Below, in pieces: positions 54,700 through 64,000 of a stretch of 64,000 bases of DNA. The position numbers were made by a program, and so were the translations under genes. A model generated the notes under the pieces. The model worked only from the letters and a program-made list of their open reading frames with translations. It was not told the DNA's origin and searched no databases. Within the stretch, counting starts at the first letter, position 1, and each line of letters opens with the position of its first letter. The DNA is from Gammaproteobacteria bacterium (GTDB lineage Bacteria > Pseudomonadota > Gammaproteobacteria > Eutrophobiales > Eutrophobiaceae), in the NCBI GenBank assembly GCA_965222155.1, contig CBDCTH010000012.1:1632001-1696000 (forward strand), given 5' to 3'.

Positions 54700-55758
54700 A
54701 TGCTATTTGAAGATGAACCCGTAGCAGGTGAAAACCTGCCTATCCTTGCCGGACACGTGTCGCCCGGTCGTCTGGAACGTATCCTGCGGACAGGCGGGTT
54801 TGCGGTTACCACTGAAATTGCGCCCCCTGATTCCGCTGATCCCGCCGAAGTATATGAACTCGCCGCCATGTTCGACGGTTATGTTGATGCCATCAATGCC
54901 ACCGACGGCTCAGGCGCCAATTGCCACATGTCCAGTGTCGGTATCTGTTCACTGTTGACTCGGCGCGGCTATGCCATGGTCATGCAGGTATCCTGTCGCG
55001 ACAGGAATCGCATCGCCATACAAGGTGACGTGTTGGGTGCGGCGGCCATGGGTGTGGCAAATATACTGTGTCTTACCGGAGACGGGGTGCAAGCGGGGGA
55101 TCATCCACAGGCAAAACCGGTCTTTGATCTGGATTCCATGACCGCATTGGAGATGCTGCGCGGGATGCGTGATGACAGCCGTTTTCTCAGCGGTCGCAGG
55201 ATTACCAGTCCACCGCGGGTTTTTCTGGGTGCAGCGGCCAATCCGTTTGCCAAACCATACGATTTTCGCCCTTTGCGTCTCGCCCTGAAAATCAAGGCTG
55301 GCGCCCAGTTTATTCAAACCCAGTATTGCTTTGACATTGACATGTTCAAACAATATATGGAACGGGTGTGTGATCTCGGGTTGCACGAGAAAGTCTATAT
55401 CCTGGCCGGCGTCGGGCCCCTGGCGTCCGCCCGATCGGCGCAATGGATACGAACTCATGTTGCCGGGGTATCCATACCGGATTCCGTGATAAAACGACTC
55501 AGCGGCGCCGGCAACCAGGCCCGGGAAGGCGTCAATGTGTGCAAGGACATGATTTATCGGTTACGCGAAATCGAAGGCGTGCACGGCGTCCATATCATGG
55601 CCTATCGGCAGGAGCACCGGGTTGCCGAAATCGTGGACTCAACAGGTATCCTGCAAGGCAGAACGCCCTGGTATCCCGGTGTGACAGAAAAAGGCAATCC
55701 GCCATTCCAGCGCAAGCAGGAACGGCGGGTCGGGTTAGCAGAGAAAATAAGACAATGA
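54700..55758 (+). CDS. metF: Methylenetetrahydrofolate reductase
   Basis: INATD, CRDRNRIAIQG, LTGD and KIKAGAQFIQTQ motifs. Confidence 0.9.
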   Translation: MLFEDEPVAGENLPILAGHVSPGRLERILRTGGFAVTTEIAPPDSADPAEVYELAAMFDGYVDAINATDGSGANCHMSSVGICSLLTRRGYAMVMQVSCRDRNRIAIQGDVLGAAAMGVANILCLTGDGVQAGDHPQAKPVFDLDSMTALEMLRGMRDDSRFLSGRRITSPPRVFLGAAANPFAKPYDFRPLRLALKIKAGAQFIQTQYCFDIDMFKQYMERVCDLGLHEKVYILAGVGPLASARSAQWIRTHVAGVSIPDSVIKRLSGAGNQAREGVNVCKDMIYRLREIEGVHGVHIMAYRQEHRVAEIVDSTGILQGRTPWYPGVTEKGNPPFQRKQERRVGLAEKIRQ

Positions 55759-56657
55759 CAGAGACACTAATCAGTTCAGCGAACAAAGAAGTCGTTATCG
55801 GTTTTGATCGACCCTTTGTGATCATCGGCGAACGGATTAATCCGACCGGACGTAAAATCCTGGCTGAGGAAATGAAAGTGGGCGATTACAGTCGTGTAGA
55901 AGCGGATGCTATCGCCCAGGTTGAGGCCGGTGCGCACATGCTGGATGTAAACGCCGGTATTCCGCTGGCGGATGAGCCGGCGATCCTGGCACAGGCAATC
56001 AGGCTGGTACAGTCGATTACCGATGTGCCCTTGTCTATCGATTCATCCATCGTCGCGGCCCTGGAAGCCGGTCTGGCCGTATATCAGGGCAAGGCGCTGG
56101 TCAATTCCGTTACCGGCGAAGAAGAACGGCTGGAATCGGTATTGCCTCTGGTTGCCAGGCATAACGCGGCCGTGGTGGCTATTTCCAATGATGAAACCGG
56201 CATATCGGAGGACCCGGACGTACGCTTTGAAGTGGCCAGAAAAATCGTTGCGCGCGCTGCGGACTACGGCATCCATCAGCGCGACGTCGTCGTCGACCCG
56301 CTGGTGATGCCGATCGGGGCGATCAATTCAGCCGGCAGACAGGTCATGCATATCGTCAGGCGGCTGCGCGAGGAACTGAAAGTCAATACGACCTGCGGCG
56401 CATCCAACGTCAGTTTCGGGCTACCGAACCGAAACGGTATCAACAGCGCGTTTCTTACCATGGCTATCAGCGCCGGTATGACTTCGGCAATTACCAACCC
56501 CCTGCACGGCGAAGTGATGCAGGCGGTACTGGGAGCGGATGTAATGATGGGTCATGATCCGGATTGCAGACGCTGGATAAAAAAATACCGAGAACCCGGC
56601 GCGACAGCAGAGTCCGGTGGCGGACGAAGAGACAGACCCCGTCGCCGCCGCGCCTGA
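55755..56657 (+). CDS. Pterin-binding methyltetrahydrofolate:corrinoid methyltransferase
   Basis: IIGERINPTGRK, LDVNAG, IDSS and GASNVSFGLP motifs; ATGA overlap with metF. Confidence 0.9.
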   Translation: MTETLISSANKEVVIGFDRPFVIIGERINPTGRKILAEEMKVGDYSRVEADAIAQVEAGAHMLDVNAGIPLADEPAILAQAIRLVQSITDVPLSIDSSIVAALEAGLAVYQGKALVNSVTGEEERLESVLPLVARHNAAVVAISNDETGISEDPDVRFEVARKIVARAADYGIHQRDVVVDPLVMPIGAINSAGRQVMHIVRRLREELKVNTTCGASNVSFGLPNRNGINSAFLTMAISAGMTSAITNPLHGEVMQAVLGADVMMGHDPDCRRWIKKYREPGATAESGGGRRDRPRRRRA

Positions 56658-56667
56658 CAGAAGAATC

Positions 56668-56765
56668 AATCCGCAGATGACGCAGATTAGCGCAGATAAA
56701 ACAACATGAAAATATCATACCTGTGTCCTCTGTGGCATAACTAATCTGCGTCATCTGCGGATATA
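56668..56765. repeat. Intergenic IR CCGCAGATGACGCAGATTAG ... CTAATCTGCGTCATCTGCGG
   Basis: 20-bp perfect arms enclosing a CTGTGTCCTCTGTGGC remnant. Confidence 0.8.
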
Positions 56766-56783
56766 ATAAAATACCTGCATACT

Positions 56784-58817
56784 ATGGTGGACAAGTCAGG
56801 CAAAACGGCAAAAGTTGTATTCACCCCATCGGGGCGAAGAGGCGTGTTCCGGTTGGGCACGCCGTTGTTGGAAGCGGCCCGGGAACTGGGTGTTGACATT
56901 GATTCCGTGTGCGGCGGGCGCGGTTTGTGCGGCCGTTGCCAGATATTATGCAATGAGGGTAATTTTCCCAAACTTAGCATTACCTCAAAAAAGGAACACC
57001 TCTCTCCATTCAGCGCAACTGAACAGAAATTCGGCGCCAGAAAACAGCCATTGGAAGCGGGACGGCGCCTGAGTTGCCACACCACCGTGCAGGGAGACCT
57101 GCTCATCGATGTCCCGCCGGAGAGTCAGATCCATCGCCAGCTGGTACGCAAGGAAGCCGAACAAAGGGACATTACACTCGACCCCGTCGTCCACCTGCAC
57201 TTTGTGGAAGTCCAGGAAGCGGATATGTATGAGCCCAAGAGTGATATGACAAGGCTGATGGAGGCACTGCGTCACCAATGGGGCTTCACGGACTTGACCT
57301 GGCGCTCCACTGTTCTGAACAATATCCAGCCCGCATTAAGAGAAGGCAAATGGTCGGTCACGGCTGCGATACATCAAAACAAGGAAATAATCGCCTTATG
57401 GCCGGGATATAGGGATGCCGTTTATGGTCTGGCCATAGACGTCGGTTCAACTACGATCGCCGCACACCTGTGCGATTTGAACATCGGCGAGGTAATCGGT
57501 TCAAGCGGCATGATGAACCCGCAGATCCGCTTCGGTGAAGACCTTATGAGCAGGGTGTCTTACGCCATGATGCGCCCGGAAGGCGTTGATGAAATGATTC
57601 AAGTAGTGCGCGAAGGGATAAATAAACTCATTTTGCAGATCAGTAGTGAGGCCGGTATCTGTCCCAGCGATATCGTCAGTATTACCCTGGTAGGCAACCC
57701 CATCATGCATCATCTGTTGCTGGGCATCAGTCCTGTTGAGCTTGGTGGGGCGCCATTTACCCTGGCGGTCGATAGCGCCGTTTATATGGGCGCAAAAGAA
57801 CTTGCGCTCAATATCAACCCGGGGGGAGTCGCCTACCTTCTTCCCTGTATCGCCGGGCACGTCGGGGCTGATACGGCCGGCGTTATTCTATCCGAACAAC
57901 CCCACGTTCACGATGATATCAGCCTGCTCATAGACATCGGCACCAACGCGGAAATCGTGCTGGGGAACAGGGAACGCCTGCTGGCCTGTTCCAGCCCGAC
58001 CGGACCGGCATTTGAAGGGGCGCAAATCAGTTGCGGACAACGGGCGGCCCCCGGGGCTATTGAACGAGTACGCATCAACCCGAAAACACTGAAAGTCAGG
58101 GTGAAGGTGATCGGCTCATCTCTCTGGTCAGATGATCCCATGTTTGAACAATCGATTAGCGCTACCGGTGTAACCGGCTTGTGCGGCTCAGGACTCATCG
58201 AAGCCGTGGCGGAAATGTACCTGTCCGGAATCCTGAGCAGCGACGGGGTAATTAACGGCGAACTGTCCAGCAGGACGGATAAAATTGTTCCAGACGGCCG
58301 TACCTTCTCTTTAATTCTCTACAGTGGCAACACCACGATTACCCTCACACAGAACGATATAAGACAGGTCCAACTCGCCAAAGCCGCTTTATATGCCGGG
58401 GTGAAACTACTGATGGACAAGCTGGCAATCAAGTCGGTGGACAGGATAAGACTGGCCGGCGCATTCGGCAGCCATATTGACGTCAGACTGGCCATGGTGC
58501 TGGGCATGATACCGGACTGCCCGCTGCAACAGGTTGCTTGCGTGGGCAACGCCGCGAGTACCGGCGCCAGAATCGCGTTATTGAATAACGCATCCAGAAA
58601 CGAGATCGAAACGACGGTCAGGCAAATACAAAAGGTTGAGACCGCGGTCGAACCAAGATTTCAGGAATACTTTGTGAATGCCATGGCGATACCGCATAAA
58701 ACCGACCCTTTCCCTAACCTGTCGGCAACGATAGCGATGCCACATGGTCAGACCTCAACTCCTGATCAGGGGGCAGCAAAGCCCGCTAAACGCCGGCGAC
58801 GGAGAGCGGCTCCTTGA
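56784..58817 (+). CDS. ASKHA-domain reductive activator of corrinoid proteins (RACo/DUF4445) with N-terminal 2Fe-2S domain
   Basis: CGGRGLCGRC, DVGSTT, DIGTNAE, GPAFEG and AGAFG motifs. Confidence 0.92.
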   Translation: MVDKSGKTAKVVFTPSGRRGVFRLGTPLLEAARELGVDIDSVCGGRGLCGRCQILCNEGNFPKLSITSKKEHLSPFSATEQKFGARKQPLEAGRRLSCHTTVQGDLLIDVPPESQIHRQLVRKEAEQRDITLDPVVHLHFVEVQEADMYEPKSDMTRLMEALRHQWGFTDLTWRSTVLNNIQPALREGKWSVTAAIHQNKEIIALWPGYRDAVYGLAIDVGSTTIAAHLCDLNIGEVIGSSGMMNPQIRFGEDLMSRVSYAMMRPEGVDEMIQVVREGINKLILQISSEAGICPSDIVSITLVGNPIMHHLLLGISPVELGGAPFTLAVDSAVYMGAKELALNINPGGVAYLLPCIAGHVGADTAGVILSEQPHVHDDISLLIDIGTNAEIVLGNRERLLACSSPTGPAFEGAQISCGQRAAPGAIERVRINPKTLKVRVKVIGSSLWSDDPMFEQSISATGVTGLCGSGLIEAVAEMYLSGILSSDGVINGELSSRTDKIVPDGRTFSLILYSGNTTITLTQNDIRQVQLAKAALYAGVKLLMDKLAIKSVDRIRLAGAFGSHIDVRLAMVLGMIPDCPLQQVACVGNAASTGARIALLNNASRNEIETTVRQIQKVETAVEPRFQEYFVNAMAIPHKTDPFPNLSATIAMPHGQTSTPDQGAAKPAKRRRRRAAP

Positions 58818-58878
58818 CCAATCAGCCGCATTCAGCCAGCCCGAGCATCGCATCAACTGGTGAAAAATGCGGGCTGGA

Positions 58879-59286
58879 TCAAGAAGAAGTATCTTTTGCC
58901 TTACTGGTACGAAATTCGCAAACACGGACGATGACATAGGCTATGAGAGCGAAAATGAAAAATAGCAGCAGCATAAATGCGATAGACTGCAAAGACTCAA
59001 TAATTGTTCGATAGATCTCCAATATCCAGCGTTCTGCTGTTAACACCGGGGGAGTGAACTCTTCCGTAGGCGCCCCAAGGAATTTCTCCAGGTAGTGAAT
59101 TTGAACACCACCGGATATTCCGACAACGTATATGGCAAACTGCAAATACTTTGTCCAGGCGTAGGCAATCTCATCGGCAACAATCCGTTCCAGGACACTA
59201 TCAATGGGCTTAGTAAACAACTTGGCTATGATAAAGCATACAATGAACGAGACTACAAATGTGATACTTAAAAGTGACAAAAACAT
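58879..59286 (-). CDS. Conserved hypothetical membrane protein
   Basis: 135 aa with 3 TM helices; AWTKYLQFAIYVVGISGG. Confidence 0.75.
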   Translation of the reverse strand: MFLSLLSITFVVSFIVCFIIAKLFTKPIDSVLERIVADEIAYAWTKYLQFAIYVVGISGGVQIHYLEKFLGAPTEEFTPPVLTAERWILEIYRTIIESLQSIAFMLLLFFIFALIAYVIVRVCEFRTSKAKDTSS

Positions 59287-59332
59287 CTATGAGTTCCTCA
59301 TACGTATTTCCGGACATAACATAATACAGCTA

Positions 59333-59596
59333 TTAATAATGGTATCTGCACGAAATTATCGTCAGTCGTTCAACATCTACCACATAGACCAACCGGTTAG
59401 TTTCATCTATTCGGCGAGACCAGAATCCGGACAAGTTTTCCTTTAACGGCTCCGGTTTGCCGACGCCTGCAAATGGCGATCTTTGTACGTCGGAAATCAG
59501 CTTGTTGATGCGCTTCAAGGTTTTCCTGTCCTGGCTCTGCCAGTAGAGGTAGTCTTTCCAAGCCTCTTTCGTCCATGCCAGAATTTCAATCATCAA
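59333..59596 (-). CDS. yoeB: Txe/YoeB toxin
   Basis: AWKDYLYWQ, GKPEPLK, WSRRID..NRLVY and CRYHY motifs. Confidence 0.95.
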   Translation of the reverse strand: MMIEILAWTKEAWKDYLYWQSQDRKTLKRINKLISDVQRSPFAGVGKPEPLKENLSGFWSRRIDETNRLVYVVDVERLTIISCRYHY

Positions 59597-59840
59597 TTAA
59601 ATTGTGTTCCCTGGTTTGCCCTCTGTGATATTGATCGATTGATTCTGCCAGGTGCGCGGCGTTTGCCGGACTCTTTGACAGATACACGGTTTCCATCAAT
59701 CCGTTAAAATGATCGAGTGACATGACGACAGCATCTTCAGCATCCCGGCGCGTGATGATGGTGCAATCGGAATCCTCAATGACTTGATCTAAAACTCTCT
59801 TTAACTGATTTCTGGCTTCGGAAAAGTTAACCACCCGCAT
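59586..59840 (-). CDS. yefM: Phd/YefM antitoxin
   Basis: MRVVNFSEARNQLK...VVMSL...ETVYL..SPANA.HL. Confidence 0.93.
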   Translation of the reverse strand: MRVVNFSEARNQLKRVLDQVIEDSDCTIITRRDAEDAVVMSLDHFNGLMETVYLSKSPANAAHLAESIDQYHRGQTREHNLIDD

Positions 59841-59959
59841 AACTGAGCACCTGTCTTGTACTGTATAATGTCCAAGTATAACTCCATTTTCCTTCATAGG
59901 CAAAAAAAGAAATCGGCTAATTCTTCGACCAACCGATCAATATCAGGTATAAAAAATAC

Positions 59960-60373
59960 TCACTCCAATACCCTGCCCCGCAGGGATTTAATCTGACCGC
60001 GCCGGGTTTTTCTATCCAGTCTTTTCTTTTGTGAACTTCCGCTGGGACTGGTTGGCCGCCTCACTTTCCTGGGCACGGTAACGCGTCTGATTAATTCCTG
60101 CAATCGCTCAAGCGCATCAGCCCGATTCTTTTCCTGTGTTCTGTATTTCCCGGCTTTAATGACTATCACGCCGTCCTTGCTGATGCGCCGATCTTTCAGG
60201 TTCAACAAGCGTTGCTTATACCATTCCGGTAGTGAGGATGCGCGAATATTGAAACGGAGATGTATCGCGGATGAGACTTTGTTGACATTCTGGCCGCCTG
60301 CACCCCGCGCGCGGATGGCTGAAAGTTCTATTTCATCATCCGGAAGCGTTACCTTTGAAGATATATTCAGCAC
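59960..60373 (-). CDS. arfB: Alternative ribosome rescue peptidyl-tRNA hydrolase ArfB
   Basis: GAGGQNVNK and a basic C-terminal tail. Confidence 0.95.
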   Translation of the reverse strand: MLNISSKVTLPDDEIELSAIRARGAGGQNVNKVSSAIHLRFNIRASSLPEWYKQRLLNLKDRRISKDGVIVIKAGKYRTQEKNRADALERLQELIRRVTVPRKVRRPTSPSGSSQKKRLDRKTRRGQIKSLRGRVLE

Positions 60374-60465
60374 GGATCACTTTATTCAGTCTTGTTACCA
60401 TCCAAGTATGGCCCTTTCTATTAGTTGTGTGTCTTTGCAGCGTCTAAGATATACGGGCTATTCCT

Positions 60466-61389
60466 TCAGGTAACTACCGTGAGGAAATTCTCGTTCAGTT
60501 TCCTGTCGTGATAGAAGATGGCCTTGCCGAGTTCGTCCGCGGTCCAGGTAATAGGCTCACGATCGGGATACCAGGTGTAATCGCCGCAGAACACTTCGTT
60601 GCGATTGCCTGAGGGGTCGAAGAAGTAAATAGTTCGCCCCCGGGTAATGCCGTGACGGGTCGGGCCAATGTCGATGGGAATTTCATGCATGCCCATGATA
60701 TCGGCGGCCCGTAACACCTCCTCCCAGGTCATCAGCATGAATGACACGTGGTGCAGTTTGTTCGGTTCGGGGTATTCGAGAATGGCCAGGTCATGGGCCT
60801 TATTGGAACAGGAGACGAAGGCCGCAGCCATTTCACCTTCCGGGTTCAAGACCTTTTCGGTCAGGTCAAAACCCAGGACGTCCGTGAATATCTTCGTGGT
60901 CCCGGTGGCGTTGGGCCCGTATAACAGCACGTGGTCAAACCGGTGAACCTGCATGCCTTTCAAGCCTTCCGGCCAGGGGTTAGGATTAAGTCGACCCAGT
61001 CCGTCGCCTATTTGCTTTTTCTCCGCATACAGTTCAAACAGGTGACCGGACGGAGCCTCAAAACGCGCCCGTTCGCCACAATTATTGAGTTCGCCTTCCG
61101 GGATCCATTCAATGTCAAGACCATAATCCTCCAGCTTCCCGACAAGCTCATCCATGTCGGCTCTCGAGTAAGTCTTGTAGCCGGTATAATCTATTCCCGG
61201 TGAATCAGCTTCCCTGAGTACTATGGAAAAACAATCCAATTCATCCCATGCCTTGAGATAAACCCTGCCTTGATCGTCCTCACCAGTTTTTATCAAACCT
61301 ATTCGCTCTGTGTAGTAAGCTAACGATTCCGCCATATCCAGCACACGGATTGCCGCATGGCCGGGACGCATCACACCTGTAAATGACAT
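60466..61389 (-). CDS. xylE: Catechol 2,3-dioxygenase (XylE/DmpB)
   Basis: GVMRPGH, FDHVLL, LHHVSF and GPTRHGITRG.TIYFFDPSGNRNE motifs. Confidence 0.96.
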   Translation of the reverse strand: MSFTGVMRPGHAAIRVLDMAESLAYYTERIGLIKTGEDDQGRVYLKAWDELDCFSIVLREADSPGIDYTGYKTYSRADMDELVGKLEDYGLDIEWIPEGELNNCGERARFEAPSGHLFELYAEKKQIGDGLGRLNPNPWPEGLKGMQVHRFDHVLLYGPNATGTTKIFTDVLGFDLTEKVLNPEGEMAAAFVSCSNKAHDLAILEYPEPNKLHHVSFMLMTWEEVLRAADIMGMHEIPIDIGPTRHGITRGRTIYFFDPSGNRNEVFCGDYTWYPDREPITWTADELGKAIFYHDRKLNENFLTVVT

Positions 61390-61431
61390 TGTCTTCTCCT
61401 CCTGCTATTAATTTTACAAAGCTCTAATCAG

Positions 61432-61591
61432 TATAGGAACCTCTGATTAAGTCAGAGGTTCCTACGATACAAGGACGTATCGTCAAAATCAATGACAATA
61501 AGGCATTGATTTTGTGAGGAAAACAAAAATCGAAATTTTTGTTTTCCGTACTCTGACAAGTCCTGGATGGACTTGTTCAGAGTTTCCTATA
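61432..61591. mobile_element. 160-bp MITE-like chain of hairpins with 15-bp TIRs
   Basis: TATAGGAACCTCTGA/TCAGAGTTTCCTATA (1 mismatch) enclosing five consecutive stem-loops. Confidence 0.7.
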
Positions 61592-61595
61592 TTAT

Positions 61596-61678
61596 ATATT
61601 TGGGGTCAGAGTAAAAACCTATTCACCCTCCCTGTCCGACAATGATCATATACAGGTTTTTACTCTGACCCCAAATAT
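61596..61678. repeat. 25-bp perfect IR (GGGGTCAGAGTAAAA type)
   Basis: ATATTTGGGGTCAGAGTAAAAACCT ... AGGTTTTTACTCTGACCCCAAATAT. Confidence 0.85.
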
Positions 61679-61995
61679 GTACCAGTTAAAAAGATTTTTT
61701 GCCATTTCCCCAGAACTTTCAAGCGTAAATTACCTTCGGGAAACAGTTTGCATGCCAGACAGATACCCTGCTCTTCATCCTTGACCGGCACCTGTTCACG
61801 GCTCATCTTGCCGGTCCGATAATGACCGTCACCCAGCACCTGTACGCGACACACACCACAGCCTCCGCCCCGGCAACCTACCGGAATACCCTTCCTGCCG
61901 AGTTGCTCCATGGCCTTGAGGACGTTACGTTCAGATGAACAGACAAATTCCTCACCGTTATCTTCAATGGCAATTATAAATTTATTCATGTCCAT
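61660..61995 (-). CDS. dmpQ: XylT/DmpQ-type 2Fe-2S ferredoxin
   Basis: GIPVGCRGGGCGVCRV...KMSR...LAC. Confidence 0.9.
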   Translation of the reverse strand: MDMNKFIIAIEDNGEEFVCSSERNVLKAMEQLGRKGIPVGCRGGGCGVCRVQVLGDGHYRTGKMSREQVPVKDEEQGICLACKLFPEGNLRLKVLGKWQKIFLTGTYLGSE

Positions 61996-62001
61996 TTAAA
62001 G

Positions 62002-63066
62002 TCAAAACTTTTTAAACAGGGCGCTGCGTCTGGCCGGTTTCTCGCTGTCTGCCGCCGTGAAGAAGTTTTCCATGAAGATGTGCTCTTCGAACAAGCGCCC
62101 CTGCATCAGGCTGGTGATGCAACTATCGACCATAGGGGGAGGACCGCAAAGGTAGGCTTTATTCCCCTCAAAGCGCTTGTCAAAATGTTTTTCAGCCAGT
62201 TCATGCACAAAACACTGTGGCCCGTCCCAGTCATCTGCTTCGGCCGGTTCCGATAACGCGGTAAGGTAGTGAAAATTATCATGTTGCCGGGCAAGTTCGG
62301 TAAACAGGTCAAAATAATACAGTTCAGACTGGTTGCGAGCGCCGTATACAAGCGTGATAGTGCGATCGTCGCCATTTTCCAGCAGGTCCAGGATCATGGA
62401 TTTCGGGCTGGACAACCCGGACCCGCCGGCCAGGAAAATCACCGGTTCAGGCGCTGATTTACGTACAAAAAAGCGACCCAACGGCGCGGCAAACGTCAGT
62501 TCGTCACCAACCTCGAGGCATTCGTGCAGGTATGTAGTAGCCTGGCCGTCGGCAACGTAGCGAACGTTCAATTCGATGATATTTTTCTCGGAGGGCGGGT
62601 TGGCAAGGGAGAAAGCCCTGGGTATTTCCACTCCGGGTACGTTCAGGTTGAGATATTGACCGGCCTGAAATTCAATACCGTTACCCGCTACCTCCAGCCA
62701 TATTCCTTTAACCGTAGGGGTTAAATCTTTCATCCGGACAACCGTGCCGACAAAATCCCCGACCGGCAAGTTCTGTGCGTCTTCCTCTTCCTCTATGTCC
62801 GCTTCTATGACGATATCCGACGACAGGGTCGCACAACAGGCCAGGGTCTTGCCTTCGTCACGCTCAACATCCATCAGCGCAAACGCGGAGGCTTCATTAT
62901 GCTCAACCTCGCCTTCCAGCACGTCTACTTTGCAGGTGCCGCACAGCCCATGATTGCAGGCATAAGGCAACCAGATCCCGGCGCGCAAAGCCGCATCCAG
63001 CAGCTTCTGCCCCTCTTCGACCTCTATCGTCTCGCCCAGAGGTTCAATGGTGGCCTGGAAAGACAC
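62002..63066 (-). CDS. dmpP: Phenol hydroxylase reductase (P5)
   Basis: CNHGLCGTCK, RAFSLAN, GGSGLSSPKSM and LCGPPPM motifs. Confidence 0.93.
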   Translation of the reverse strand: MSFQATIEPLGETIEVEEGQKLLDAALRAGIWLPYACNHGLCGTCKVDVLEGEVEHNEASAFALMDVERDEGKTLACCATLSSDIVIEADIEEEEDAQNLPVGDFVGTVVRMKDLTPTVKGIWLEVAGNGIEFQAGQYLNLNVPGVEIPRAFSLANPPSEKNIIELNVRYVADGQATTYLHECLEVGDELTFAAPLGRFFVRKSAPEPVIFLAGGSGLSSPKSMILDLLENGDDRTITLVYGARNQSELYYFDLFTELARQHDNFHYLTALSEPAEADDWDGPQCFVHELAEKHFDKRFEGNKAYLCGPPPMVDSCITSLMQGRLFEEHIFMENFFTAADSEKPARRSALFKKF

Positions 63067-63092
63067 GTGCGTATTCCAGCGCCAATCCTGCG

Positions 63093-63455
63093 TTAATTAC
63101 CTACCCCGTGCAAACCTTCCAGGCCAGGAGTGGTTACCCGGATGAACGAATTATGCGCAATGCCGTTTTCGCTAAAGGATTTATCCAAATCAGGCTGCCA
63201 GTTTTGATTCTCCAACTGCCAGACACCCTCTTCCCAGTTGACCTTGTCAATATCGGGGTGCTGGGGATAATCAGGGGCAAATACCTGCGCCAGGAAATCC
63301 CTGAATTTCATGTCCGGCGGCAGCCGATAGGCGTTGGGCGCGCAATAAATCAGGTGATGATCCCAGACCACGTATACATTTATATCGCCGCCATAATTCT
63401 CCCGCCGGTTGGCACAGGGAAAATCGTATGAATCACCGATAAATTTTACTGCCAT
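63093..63455 (-). CDS. dmpO: Phenol hydroxylase subunit P4
   Basis: WDHHL...YPQHPD...W.PDLDKSF.ENG...TPGL.G; operon position. Confidence 0.88.
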   Translation of the reverse strand: MAVKFIGDSYDFPCANRRENYGGDINVYVVWDHHLIYCAPNAYRLPPDMKFRDFLAQVFAPDYPQHPDIDKVNWEEGVWQLENQNWQPDLDKSFSENGIAHNSFIRVTTPGLEGLHGVGN

Positions 63456-63472
63456 CTTACTTGACCCGTTTA

Positions 63473-64000
63473 TCAGGCGTCAGCGCTGGCCATCTTGCCC
63501 GCCTGGGCTTGCCACTCCTCCCACATCTTATGATCTTCCGACCCGTAATACTCACCGGTTTCCTCCTCCTTGATATGCAACCACTCTTTATAGGCTTCAA
63601 GAGTGGCGCCGCCGCAATTCCCCTGGTAAATCTGTTGCGGTGGAATATAGGCCTGGCAATATTTCTCCGGCTCATGGTCGAAAATATCCTTGCAACCCTG
63701 CGAACACATCTGGTGCTTGGTGCCCTTGTATTCGGTAACCAGGCAACAATTCATCAACGGATCATCCGGCATGGTGTGGAAGATGGGGATCTGGCAGACG
63801 TTACAGACCACAGGCAAGCGTTTTTGAAAGAAGCGCTCGCCCTTCTTATGTAACTCATCCCAGTATTCATAACGCGGGCGATACACAGTATCGAACAACT
63901 CACCGTATTCTGCCGACAACCAGTCCAGTTCTTCCGTGGTGGGTATCCAGGTGTACAGAGCCGTTGCATGGGAAAACTGGTAAATGGTGGACCAGAATTC
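63473..64000 (-). CDS. dmpN: Phenol hydroxylase alpha subunit P3, 5' end outside the window
   Basis: LPVVCNVCQIP...CSQGCKDIFDHEPEKY.QA..P..QIYQGNCGG. Confidence 0.9.
   Translation of the reverse strand, partial: EFWSTIYQFSHATALYTWIPTTEELDWLSAEYGELFDTVYRPRYEYWDELHKKGERFFQKRLPVVCNVCQIPIFHTMPDDPLMNCCLVTEYKGTKHQMCSQGCKDIFDHEPEKYCQAYIPPQQIYQGNCGGATLEAYKEWLHIKEEETGEYYGSEDHKMWEEWQAQAGKMASADA

Overview
64-kb chromosomal window of a gammaproteobacterium, judged from the 16S/23S sequence and the tyrS-M23-anmK-erpA-argC-thiDE-hemL gene order. 1-32 kb is an accessory, partly decaying region with transporters, oxidoreductases, a frameshifted higBA module, several gene scraps and a GC-rich 2521-aa FN3/cadherin autotransporter preceded by a C21 tract. 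32-40 kb is a complete minus-strand rrn operon (16S, tRNA-Ile, tRNA-Ala, 23S, 5S). Its 23S gene has four interruptions: group I introns at E. coli-equivalent L1917 and L1951 (the latter with a LAGLIDADG endonuclease) and two AT-rich IVS hairpins. Its spacers carry nine copies of a 120-128 bp hairpin element. 40-64 kb holds housekeeping genes, a corrinoid-dependent methyl-transfer cluster, yefM-yoeB, arfB and the distal part of a phenol hydroxylase/meta-cleavage (dmp-like) operon. The most unusual signals are non-coding: 74-nt covarying multi-hairpin modules nested at different sites inside a TIR-bounded MITE, the rrn spacer element arrays, and the poly-C switch upstream of the adhesin. All calls come from reading the sequence and recognising motifs; no database searches were run.
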